From Chrysomallon squamiferum (Eukaryota; Animalia; Mollusca): 64,000 bases of DNA. The notes below the pieces were generated by a model. It worked only from the letters and a program-made list of their open reading frames with translations. It did not search any database and was not told the DNA's origin. How positions within the stretch are numbered: the stretch's first letter is position 1; every line of letters starts with the position of its first letter. The stretch covers positions 10,912,001 through 10,976,000 of the forward strand of contig CM022679.1 in NCBI GenBank assembly GCA_012295275.1, written 5' to 3'. Positions 1-55,428 of this stretch are shown in pieces. Made by a program: the position numbers and the translations under genes.

Positions 1-80
1 TATTACAATATGAATTAATTATTATAAGATTGTTTTTTGAATATGAACTCTTCTGCATTATTTCTTATTTAACAAAACAA

Positions 81-111
<31 letters not shown>

Positions 112-279
112 CGTACGTACTTACACACACACACAAACACACATATTTGTGAGTATACAAACCACCCAAATTCTCACAAACGTGTCACATAGCCAAAAGA
201 ATTACTTCATCATTTTTTGGATTTGAATCCCTTAATATGAAAATTATTTACTTGTGAATTGTTTTCTCACTTGTTTCAG

Positions 280-4043
<3,764 letters not shown>

Positions 4044-4122
4044 ACCTTGTACATGTTTATGTTGAATGTACATAGTTGTTTTTCCCTTTTTTTTCCAATA
4101 CTTCGCCAGGATCAAAAGACAC

Positions 4123-4173
<51 letters not shown>

Positions 4174-4810
4174 GACTACTACTACTATTACTATTTTGTA
4201 TTATTATTATCTAGTGAAAGTTATTAAACTAACCACATTCCACTGTTAAATTATTAAACGTATAATTATAAGGGATGGAAATTTCCTGGCATATAAATTA
4301 AAACTCCAAACTCGATAGACTTTGCAATAGCAAAAATCAGTTGGGGAAAATTTCTGAGTTGAAAACCACAATATTTTAAGATGAAATGTATTCATGACTT
4401 TGTAATAATTATTGAATAAAGTCTTCAGTTTCAATTATCAGAGTACATCAGAAACACGAATGTCTAACTAACACGATTTTGATTGTGTTTTCATTTATTT
4501 TAATCAAGCCTTTGGTAACATATTTTTTATTATTTTGGAATAATTGCATGGTCTGGTATTTAATCCCAACGAAAGGACATTTTCAATCAAAGAATAAATG
4601 AGATTGCTTAGAACATCAAAACATTCCAAGATGGATTATATTTGTGACGTATGTAAATATGAGTCTGTATGCTTTATTTAGCATTTCTTGTTTATTTTGT
4701 AAACTAATATGCTTTCATATTTTATCGTGTCTTTGTCTATTTAATGTGTTGGTAAGAGCGTTCAAAATGTTAAGTTCTTCTAAAATTCTTTAAACGAGTT
4801 TGTCAAAGTA

Positions 4811-5100
4811 GAATGAATGAAGGAAATAGTTTATTTAACAAAACACCTTATTTTATTCATGGTTATTATTATGGTGTTGGTCACATGTTTAAGGATGCCT
4901 TAGATAAACGAGACAAGAAACCGACTGCGATCATTTCAAAGGTGACTATTTCTGATTAGCAGTAAGCTACATTTTGTACACACCATCTCATAGACATGAT
5001 AATAAAATAAGGGACTTTGTTATGGACCAGTTATGGAAAATGACAGGAACGAGAAATAGCTCATTGAAACAATCAAGAGGAATCGATCTGACGATTATCA
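4811..5100 (-). mobile_element. Degenerate tRNA-derived SINE copy (gastropod MetaSINE-like)
   Basis: The reverse complement of 4951-5001 matches 20693-20743 at 35/51 ungapped, mostly transitions. A B-box-like GATCGATTCC lies on the minus strand near 5079-5088. Family assignment is from memory of a gastropod SINE consensus, not a search. Confidence 0.55.
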
Positions 5101-5234
5101 AAGTTGAATGAGAAGAATGAAAAAAGTGTTTTGTTTTAAAATTTCATTTTTAATTTAGCGCATGTTGACCATATTACGATTTCGTAAGACATGCATAGTA
5201 CCTTTTTTGAATATTATTTCCGATTTATGTACAC

Positions 5235-5274
<40 letters not shown>

Positions 5275-7727
5275 TATATCTATTTAATAATGTTTTTAAT
5301 CAGTCATGGTTTTGAAAGAATTTTAAAGGATGTTATGAAAATAGAATTAAAATAATAGAAAGAGAATATCATAAAATACCATGTAACATAAATTTCAAAG
5401 TTTTATTCTGATTTCAAACAGCATATAACTGTATTCGACAAATCTACGTATGTTAAATATCGAACGTTCATTTTATTTAAATTTTAATTTAATTTTAATT
5501 AACACAATTCACACATTACTTACTGTTCTGAAAGGAAAGGAAAGCTGAACAAGAGAAGTTTATTGTAATAATACGTTAGATGAATAAATTTTTTTATTAT
5601 TATTTTCACATTCGAAATCTTGAAATGCAAATTAAAACGCTTCAGCATTACCATTCAATGGACTTAATGGCTTTACTTATTACCTGGGCTGAAGCACAAG
5701 TTCACACTGTTGCATTTAAACCAGTTCATCACCGAGAAAGATGCCAAGTTCAGGGAGAATGGAATCATGAATATGTCAGAGATGACAAAATGTAATAGAA
5801 TAAAATATCGTATACGTGGTTGAATAAATCTCTGTACAAATATCTAAATATCGTCTTTAATTTCACTAAAAAATGCTGTGATCTTTTGTTCCACCCAATA
5901 TTTATTTATTTATTTATTTATTTATTACTATTATTATTATTAAACTTGATTTCTATTTAAGAAAATCCGGATTTTTTATTTTCCGGACAACGCTTCTCTC
6001 GTTTTAGTGCGTTAAATGGAAGGTGAACTGTTTTATGATTATTGAGCTTTCGTTAAATACGCACTAGATGATATGTTGTGTATGGTTTCAAGTTCTGGCC
6101 GATGTGAATTCGCTTTTGTGCATGAGAAAAAAAGAGAATAAACAATTTTATAATATATTCAGCAAAATTATATTTGTATAGATTCAAGTTATTCGTAGTA
6201 TTCTTTCACTTCACATAATAATATCTTCGTTTTATATTCTTTTTTTACTAATATTACTTATTACCTTCATGATATTATTTGCTTTTTTTTCTTCATATTG
6301 TCATTATATTTAATTCAAAATATTAGTCTATTTTCCTTTTCTCTTTTTTTCTACATGCTTTTCTTGTTTATTATTTTCCTTTTACTCTTCATATTATCTT
6401 CTTACCATTTTTATTATTTAGTCAGATTCTCTTCAAGAAATGTATTTTTTGTCAATATATAAACTGATTTTATGAACGTTTTATGTTAACTGTTTTTGTT
6501 GTATTCTTGTGTACAAATCGTTAAACTATTATTTTGAAAATTAAAATGTTCTCTCGTATCTATCATAATTTAAATTTTGTTTACGTTATTTTTGTTTTAT
6601 TTAGATTAATATTTACTTTGTGTAGCGGGTACATAAGAGTTTGTGTGTGCGTGTGTGTATGCATGTTTATGCGATTCTGTGTGTATGTACGTATGTATGT
6701 ACATTTGTACGTACGTATGTATGTATGTATGTATGTATATGTTTATAATGTACTTTTGTATGTTTAAAATGTACTTTTGTGTGGGTGTTTACATCTGAGT
6801 GTATATATATATATGTTTGTTACATGAAAAAAATATTATAACTGTTTGTGAATGGACTTTTTTATCAACCACATTCCATTGCAAAATTGTGTTTTATTAT
6901 TCCTCATTCAAAACTTTTTTCTTTAGACAGAAATTATTTTGAACGAGCAAAATGAAATGTCAGTAATAATGATTCATAAATTTAACACTGTATTAACTCA
7001 GCTGCATATGAATATACACACACCCACACCCACACTCACACGTACACACACACACACACACACACGCACAGCACACACACACACACTAACACAAACACAC
7101 ACACACACAAATATATTGCGTGAATAAATACATATATAAATATATTTATATATACACATACATTAATATACAAGTGTGTATGTGTGTGTGTGTGTGTGTG
7201 TGTAGTGTTTTCTGTGTGCGTATTTCAAACTGAGTGTTAAGTTGTGTTTCCCGAAATAAATCTAACAATACAGTATATTTATATTATACTAGTTCTCAGA
7301 ACGTATTCTGTCAAATGTTAGCATTACTACAAAAGTCAGACTCCAGTAGAATGATATCAGCTATATTACTTTGTATTTATCACTGCTTGCTACCACAAAG
7401 ATAAAAGCGAAACACTCTAAATAATGCAGTTATTTAAAGCTTCACGATACCATAATTTGATGAACTATTTGGTATTATAATGTCTGGTAATTTTACACTA
7501 ATAACAGAAAATCATGGATACCCGCTGGTTAACAACGCGAAACATAAGTGTAAACAAATATTTCCATGACAAACATTACCTTATCTGGTTACGTTTGGTG
7601 TAGATTTGAGAAAGCAAGAGGTTGTGACCTTCATATTTAATATGTGCAAAATATAGTGTTAATATTTAGCTTTAAGAATAGCCCTATCTTAGTTCATTAT
7701 ATCGTGAATATATTAGTCTCTCATCCT

Positions 7728-7770
7728 TTCTCTCTCTCTCTCTCTATCGCTCGCTCTCTCTCTATCACTC

Positions 7771-7811
<41 letters not shown>

Positions 7812-7813
7812 TT

Positions 7814-7851
<38 letters not shown>

Positions 7852-7962
7852 GCTCGCTCTCTCTCTATCATTCTATTTCTCACTCTCTCTATATTTCTCT
7901 GTCTATCTATTCCTTTCTTTCTCTTTCTCTCCTTCTCTGTTCATCATTCTCGATCGTTGTCA

Positions 7963-8019
<57 letters not shown>

Positions 8020-8022
8020 CTC

Positions 8023-8053
<31 letters not shown>

Positions 8054-8191
8054 ATCGCTCGCTCTCTCTCTATCATTCTATTTCTCACTCTCTCTATATT
8101 TCTCTGTCTATCTATTCCTTTCTTTCTCTTTCTCTCCTTCTCTGTTCATCATTCTCTGTCCATCATTCTCTCTCTCTCTCTCTCTCGTTGT

Positions 8192-8254
<63 letters not shown>
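7728..8254 (+). repeat. CT-rich low-complexity block with an internal ~200-bp tandem duplication
   Basis: About 7848-7950 is repeated at about 8053-8156. Confidence 0.85.
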
Positions 8255-8255
<1 letters not shown>

Positions 8256-8279
8256 ACACACACACACACAACATTTAGC

Positions 8280-8596
8280 AACCTGGTTTTGCGTTCATTT
8301 CAGATAACTTGACGCATTTACAATTCCTCTGTTATCTCTTCTGCTTTATCGTGCGTCGGTTTTGATTACGAGATTGCGTACAAGTTGCACGTATAGATTG
8401 TTTTTTAACGCGTTGCAGAGATTTAAGTGATTTTCGTTTCTGACGTGCATGGTTCAATAGCGGCGAGTCGTTTATTAAATAAAAGATGGGGTGCAGTTTG
8501 TTATAATGAGTTTCTTGTATTCTGATTTGACAAATGTCTAATAAAAGTGACAAATAATAACTGATAACAGGAATGGAAATTGTAATGCGCATTTAT
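8280..8596 (+). repeat. Dispersed 317-bp repeat, copy 1, followed by (CT)n
   Basis: Ungapped match to 29170-29486 with 11 mismatches by manual count (~96.5%). Confidence 0.92.
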
Positions 8597-8611
8597 AATA
8601 CTTCGCCTTTC

Positions 8612-8706
<95 letters not shown>

Positions 8707-9518
8707 CAATCTCTCTTTCCTCTACCTCTCTATAAATAATTTTAATTTAAAAAATTTAAAAACACTTTCTGCTGTGATTTCATTAAAACAGATTTCACTA
8801 AATAAACAAATGCCTGATAAACTCGAGTCACGTTCTAAAGTTAACCCACACCTGACTAAAGTGTGAAAACTTCAGATTATTTGTCTTTCTGTAAACAAAA
8901 TACAACCATGCAACTGAATAATTTCAACAATCAGCAACGAAAATGAACTGATTTAACACGAACATTACCCAGTGTTAAAAAAAAAAAAAAAAAAAAAAAA
9001 AATAGACAGTAAAGATGCAATCACACTATACGAATTACATCAACCACCTTTCTTTCACATATCTGAGTACTAGAGAATGAAAGAGATAAATTCTGACAGG
9101 AGCCAATTTTTCATGACTGGTGTATTGTGTCACTTTCAGTTATTTTACTATAGTTCTAGTGGGTTTATTCTTATATATACTAAATATAATTATATGTAAC
9201 GTTTGGTGTCTTTTTAAAGTAAAACACAAAATCCAGCTTTAACAAAATTATAGATTTAAAAAATGCTAATAAGTTAACGCTTCTTTAAAAAAAAAATTAA
9301 AATAAAAATATTTTAAAAATATATATAAAATATACAGGAAGAAGGAGAAAATAATGTAAAATAAGGAATAAAAATATAAAAAATTAAACTTTTAATTGCA
9401 CTCATCAATTGTAAGTCTGTCTTTTAACATAAATAAATAGATTTCTGTTTTTTAAACTGATTTTACTCAAACGAAAAAACAACAAAATTGGTTAACTATC
9501 AAATTAAAAAAAAAAAAA

Positions 9519-9553
<35 letters not shown>

Positions 9554-9569
9554 AATGATAATGATGATG

Positions 9570-9602
<33 letters not shown>

Positions 9603-11522
9603 TAAAAAAAAAAATAAAAATAAAAAAAAAAAAAAAAAAAAAAAATTAAATTATATTAAACGTTTTAAAAAAAATTTTAAAAAATCGTTATCACAAATCG
9701 AAACCTGTGAACGCGCGATAAGCAAGGTGGTCTGTGTTTTTGATCTTGTTCCGTGCACCTGTGCTATTAATTAGGCTGCGCTACACGTAAAAAAAAAACT
9801 ATCACCCGAGTTGGGAAATAGCCAAAGCTATTACATCTAGCTGTCAGAGATATCTTACATGGTTTGTTTATGTTACACTGAGTAACGGGTTATCTGTGCT
9901 CGGAGATTAGTACACGTGTTATTACTGTGTGTATTGCAGTTATTACAGATTATTAATCAAACAGAGCAGAGAAAAACAAGTTAATTGGAATTCCATTTTA
10001 TAACGCATTATATAGTTAGTTGTTGGGGATTGTTAATAATTATGATAGGACTATAAAGCGTTTTGTTGTTGTTGGGTTTTTTTTGTTTTCTCGTCTGAGT
10101 ATCTACCTGTCTACCTTCCTGCCTACCTATGTGTGTGTATCTACCTACATTTATTTATCCATTCATCTTTCTGTCTTGCTTCTATCTTTCTGTCTGTCTA
10201 TCAGTCTGTCTCTCTGCCTGTTCAGAGTCTGTTTATCTGTCTGTCTACGTTAAAAATTATAACATTAATTATCACAATCATTTTTGTCTTTATCACATTA
10301 TCATCTTTATTACTGTTTTTTGTTACCGTTCTACGTTTTTTAGATTTATTCTAGTTTCATGTTATTTTCCACTTCGAACAAAACTGAATAAACACATCTG
10401 AGACCATAACATTTTAATTACGATATCATTGTTTGCACGCACACCTTCTCATAAACATATTTTAAAACAAACAAGGCATTGTGTGCTGGCTACAACGAGA
10501 TACAAAATATACGCTTACAAAGATTTTAAGTTCATATAGCTGTAATAGCTGGTCGTTTAGGAAATCACACAGTGATACGAAACAAATCCTCAAGCAACGT
10601 TCGCTCCTTGTTACAAAAACACTTCGCTATTTCATAGGTGACGTAGATTTTATTTTTCCGTGTACACTGACACATATAAATACTTCCATCTGCTGTTTTA
10701 TCATAAACACTGTTAACAGAAACGCACGGCAAAATGTTGTGAAAGAAAATACAGCGCAGTTCATGTGAAACTAATATACGCACACCTATGATAAATTCTA
10801 TGAGCAATTAATAGAGTAGTGGCAAAAATTAATGTACTTGGATCAAAATGTTATAAAAACAAACAATTTTTAATATTGATGGGGTTCCCTTCTATAGACG
10901 TATCCAGACTTGGTGTATATATGTTCTCTCGTTCTCTTTTACGTTAGAGTGAAAGTTAACGAAATGTTTTTGTGTCTTTTACCTTGTTTATGTAGTTTTG
11001 CGGTGCATTCCAGTACAGTTATTACGTATAATACGGTTTCAGCTAAAACATTCTTTCATGATAAGCCGATAATTTTACTACAGTTAAAGGGATTTTCATT
11101 ACTACAAGTATTATAGAAGTATTATTTCTACAATTATTAAATACTTTTACTACTATTACTACTATAATTATTAAATGTTTTTACTACTACCACAATTACT
11201 AATGTTACTTTTGCCACTACTGTTACAACTACGACTTCTACTACTACTACCACCATATAATACTACTATAGCTACTTCTACTAATAATACTACTACTATT
11301 GCTGTTACAACAACTGCTACACTATTTCATTTTGCTATTACATCAATGCTATTACAACAATCACTATCCCTGTTATTACTATTACGCTACCATCAACACT
11401 AGTATTATTGATACTACTATTACTGCAACTGTTACCATTGCAACTACTATTACTACTACTATCACCACTACTCTCAATGCAAATACTATTATTATTACTA
11501 CTACATTAATAATAAGAATAAA

Positions 11523-11640
11523 AACAATAACAATAGAAATAACAACAATATTAATACAACAATAACAATAGAAATAACAACAATATTAATACAACAATAA
11601 CAATAGAAATAACAACAATATTAATACAACAATAACAATA
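11523..11640 (+). repeat. Perfect 35-bp tandem repeat x3.3 (AACAATAACAATAGAAATAACAACAATATTAATAC)
   Basis: Direct reading. Confidence 0.9.
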
Positions 11641-13903
11641 TTACTACTATAACATTAATAATAAGAAGAAGAACCATAACAGTAGAAATAACAACAACAA
11701 CAACAATAATAACAACAACAATAATAACAACAATAATAACAACAATAACAAACAAAAAAAAAGGGTTTAAGACATCGTACAGCTGGAGCCTTATGAATTA
11801 AAGTAGACGTTTTTTATAAGCACATAATTGTTTTACACCAGCATCAACTCTTGATTACTTAACCAGAATTTTTTTTTTTTTTTTTTTCTAGATAATTATT
11901 CCCATAGAGGTCTTACAGAATAACCTTACCAATTCCCTTGCTTCACGTTCGTGGGCAGAGTCCCAACTTTACTCAAACAGGCATTAGAGAAGTCGTAAAG
12001 TACTGTAACTCGGCCGCGTCGGTTGTCGTAAACCAGTCGTAAATACTGAACGCGAACAGAGAGGATACGATCGTCAAATAAGCATTAACGTAAGAAAGAA
12101 AGAGAATAAAAGACACAAACCGATTATTTTTTTTTTTTTTTTTTTTTTTAAAGTGGTATTTAAGACATTATACAGTCGTGGTAATTCTGTAGCTAAATCA
12201 CTGATAACAGATTATTTAGATAACAGTTAAATTTTTATTTTCAAGATGCTCGAGTGTCAACATGACCATCACATTTGAGGTATATACTTTTCCAGTGTTG
12301 TTGATATCCGCTGTTATTTGTAAGAATGTGTCGCTACTGCAAGTGTTTTTTAATTTATTTGATCGTCGTCTGTCTGACTGTTTCCGGGATTTTTTTTTAC
12401 AGTTAATTGCTGAAATTTCAAAGTTTGGTTTGAGAAGTGAGGGTTATTTGCAGATTAATTGTAAATGAATGTGAATTTGATAAATAGATAAACAGACAGA
12501 CAGACAGACGGAGAGAGAAAGAGACAGATAGATAGATAGGTGTGTAGTTAGGCAGGTAAGTAGGTAGGTAAGTAGGCCGATAGTAGATAGGTAGATAGAT
12601 TTGTGTTGATTATATCTTTATATAAACGATTTCATTCTTCCATCAAAATTAATTTTCCTCTTTAAATTTAAAAAAAATAAAAGAAAAAAACCCATTAATG
12701 AATGAAGTTAAAAAAATGGAAGAAAAAAAATTTAAATTAAAAAGTGATGAACATCGAAAAGCAGATTTCTTCTGTGTTATATAACACATTTCAAATACTC
12801 CAGCTGGACATAAAACTCTACACGATAATTCAACACCAATCTCAATAATCGTCAACACGTGATGTGGTTTGGCATATAACACCAAACTAAATCAAATTCT
12901 ATCTCAAAACGAGCCAGCGACATCATCGGTTCACGCCTCCTCGTCTTCGCCAGGAAGATCCAGAAGCCGCGAGGATCAATACTTCTGCAGCGACTGAGCA
13001 TAATCGGTCGATATGTAATTCAGTTTGTCCACTGAAAGAGGTGTTCGGGGTTACAGCCCATTATCATCATTCAAACGAAACGAGACGTTATGTCCGAGAG
13101 TTTGATTAGTCTCTTCAAACATGAGCGATGACCAATCAGACAGCTGGTATTAAACACTGTCAGGGATCAAAATATAGGGTGTCCCGAATTAGCCAATCAA
13201 ACTGTTTGAGGGCCAACAGGCGTAATTACTCGATAACTAACAGGGCAGAAAGGACAAACGGAAGATAAAAACCGCAAAGAATAATTAAAGATCTGTCGAC
13301 AATAATTATATACCTACACAACGTAAATAATATACTCGAGGGAAGTGATGAAGGTGGTTTTGAATCAAACTGAGACGTTCTTCAATTTACGACGTCGTTA
13401 GTTAAAGATCGGTTAGATCAAAACAAATTATGTCTCAAGATCGATTAAATTCCGTTCTCTGTCTTACCTACGAACTGTCTAACAAAGCTCATGCAGAAAT
13501 CGATAGTTTGGATTAACATTTGGGGATCGAAGTAAGTTGGGTATAAAGAACTGTTCGATCATATTATGTAAATATTTACTATAGGACTTTAGTACTGAAG
13601 ATAAATGTACGAAATAAACGTAGACAACAGGAATGATAAACAGTCACATGAATCACTTTGAAAAGTAAAGATCATATCACTTTACACAGACCCTGTACCA
13701 ACGAACCGCTGCCCGTTACAGTGAAACGTAATTAATTAGTGTACAATGTACGGTTTGTATCCGCTAAGTATTGATAGCGTCTTATACAAACGCACTCTCT
13801 GGCCACGATACACATCTTTATTTCAGATTTATTTTCTTATCATTTAATATCTATTCTTCTTTCTGTATTTTGATTTATCGTCTTAGTATGTGTGTGTGTT
13901 GTG

Positions 13904-13955
<52 letters not shown>

Positions 13956-13960
13956 GTCTA

Positions 13961-13996
<36 letters not shown>

Positions 13997-14933
13997 CACA
14001 CACAGACATAAAAAACACATACAGACATTTGTATTCCTAATATAGACACAATGAGCAATCGAACTCAAAAAATTCTGTCATCAACCAACCAAAACATTGA
14101 TTCTTCTATCATGATAATAATCCACAGACGTAGAGGTCAATAAGTTAAAATATTTAACAAATGGTACAATGTACAGACTATCGATTTCAAATAACTGTTC
14201 AGACAAAATTTATTATCGATTTAAATCGGTGCTAAAATAATCGACGATAGAAAATATGTTTTAACAAATAGTAAAAAATGTATCATTTATTTTTCTAACT
14301 AACATAACTTATTTATTTATTTGTTTATTCATTTATTTTTTTTTTTTAAAGCGTATTCGTTACATAGGTTAACCACTAGCTTTTTATTCTTTCGATTCTC
14401 TCGTTACGATTATCGTTATACACTGTGATTAACTTACAGTCAAAGTGTAACTCTCGCTGAATTATTTCGCTGATACAAGTCTGCTGAGACTTCGTAAGTG
14501 ATGAAATATTTAATTTAATGTTCGCGTGTGTTTCACGAAACCAGGCGAGAAATATCTGAATTATTAATTTAATTATTCTTATGCGTATTTTCTTTAGCAT
14601 TGTCATTCTTTGTTGTATAAACACGATTAAGATGACTTTTTGAAAAAAGTTAAAATCGATCTTATGGCCTACGTTCACGAAGCAAAATTTATTACATTGA
14701 GGTATAACTACTAATTATTTAGTGTGTCCTGTGTGTGTATATGTGTCTGTGTGTGTGTGTGTGTGCGTGCGTGTGTGTAGGCGAAGATATTTTAGTGTAA
14801 AAACGTAAATTAATAAATAAAATTTTAAAAAATAATGTATATTCACAGAACTCCAGTAATAAATTAATCTCTTTAACTCAAAACATCTATCTATCGATAT
14901 CTCTATCTATCTATCTATCTATCTGTCCATCTA

Positions 14934-15044
<111 letters not shown>

Positions 15045-15809
15045 ATCTATCTCTTTCTCTGCCTGTATCAGTATACCTGTCTATTTATCTATCCATCCAT
15101 CCGTGACTATTTGTCAGCATGTATGTGTACATTTGTATGAATGTATGTATATATGATTGTATGAATATATGTGTATGTATGTGTATGTATGTGTATGTAG
15201 TATGTAGTATGTAGTAGGTAGGTAGGTAGGTAGGTAGATAGGTAGTTAGGTAGGTATGGTATGAATATATATATATGTATGTATATATGTAAATACATTA
15301 TGTATGAATGTATATAATATTATTATGTATATATGTTTGTTTATTTGTATGTATGTTTTTTCAATATGCTATGAATCTCTCTTTTTATTTATCGCTATCT
15401 CTGTTCGTTTATCTAATTCTCAATCTCTCTCAGTCTGTCTGTCTGTCTATAATACTCTGTACGTGCACTATTATAATTACGCAGCAAAGTATTATATCTT
15501 TCCTTCACAAAGCAGTTCACGTTTTCCATCAGTTTTTTTTTCTGTACGTAGTTTTCCCCTTTCAAAACGAGCTCAGTGTGTTGTGAGTTAGTTTCACATG
15601 TTGAGAGAAACCCGAGACTGGCGCTTCACGTATTTTTGTCTAACCTCCACACTCACACACTCAGCCCTGCTTGCTCGAGCACGTTCACTGTGAAATAACA
15701 GTTTCACTCACAGGTTCTGAAAAACAGAGACAGAGAACGTTTTGTAGTAATGTGAAACACGTGTAGCTTGCGAGGTTTTTGTGTATACAGATTTGAGTTG
15801 TCGGACGAG

Positions 15810-15870
<61 letters not shown>

Positions 15871-16045
15871 CAACAACAACAGAGTAATAATAATAATAAT
15901 AATAATATATTATGATAAAATAATAACAGTTATAAAAACAAAATAAAAACATCTACATACACAATATAGGCAAACACACAAACGTATAAACATTCGTACG
16001 AACGTACGTATGTTCGTTCATATTACATACATACACACATCCATC

Positions 16046-16097
<52 letters not shown>

Positions 16098-16410
16098 AGA
16101 ATACAAGTACAATATAATTGAATCAACTCTTGCTTTTAAAATTTTTAATTTTTAATTTAATTGATTCAACGACTATTTTAAGTTCAAACTGAAGAATGTT
16201 CGAACAGATAGAAAAAAAAAAACAACAACAACAAAACAAACAACAACAACAACAAACCCGGCAAATACAAAAATCTAGGAACAAATTACAAACAACACTC
16301 GTTCACGCAGACAACAGAAAGATAAACAAGGTGTACTTTTCTACAAAATACTACACATGTCAAGTAACGTTACTACTATCAACTTAGCTTTTCAACTCAA
16401 CCGAGTCACT

Positions 16411-16470
16411 AAGCCCCGCCCATTAACTTTCATTGGTCAGCGACTAATTGTAATTGACAGCTTCTGTCAT
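16411..16470 (+). promoter_or_regulatory. Probable tolloid proximal promoter
   Basis: GC box CCCCGCCC 16414-16421, reverse CCAAT 16432-16436, tandem TAATTG 16445-16456 and TGACAG-ctt-CTGTCA 16455-16469, about 400 bp upstream of the ATG. Confidence 0.6.
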
Positions 16471-16857
16471 AATCGGATAACTCACTAACTCTACAGTCGG
16501 GCCTGTCTCTCTCTCTGTATATTCTTGATTGAGAATGCCGACACATTTTCAAGGCTTCGTATCTCCGACAGTGAGTCTTAAAGACATGAATAGCTAACCC
16601 AGCTGATTCTCATGAAAGTTTTTCCGTCCGCCTAACCAAACTGCCGACCCTATCGTTTTATAAACGTGTGTTTACAACTGTAACAACTGAGCGATGCTGT
16701 AGAGCTTGTACTTGTGATAATATAGACCTGTACACACACGCATAACAAAACACAAACCACATATAAACATATTTGTTTTATTACTGCTAGGAACCTTGTT
16801 ATTTATTTTGTTTTGATTACTTTGACAAATTGGCGAAGAAGAAGAAGAAGAAGAAGA

Positions 16858-55428
<38,571 letters not shown>

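Noticed and set aside
5580-5795. 71-aa non-repetitive ORF downstream of villin
   Set aside because: No recognisable motif or splice context; length expected by chance.
16813-16857. Upstream in-frame extension (MITLTNWRRRRRRRR) of tolloid exon 1 in the ORF track
   Set aside because: Starts at a TTG and translates a (GAA)n run; the ATG at 16858 directly precedes the signal-like hydrophobic stretch.
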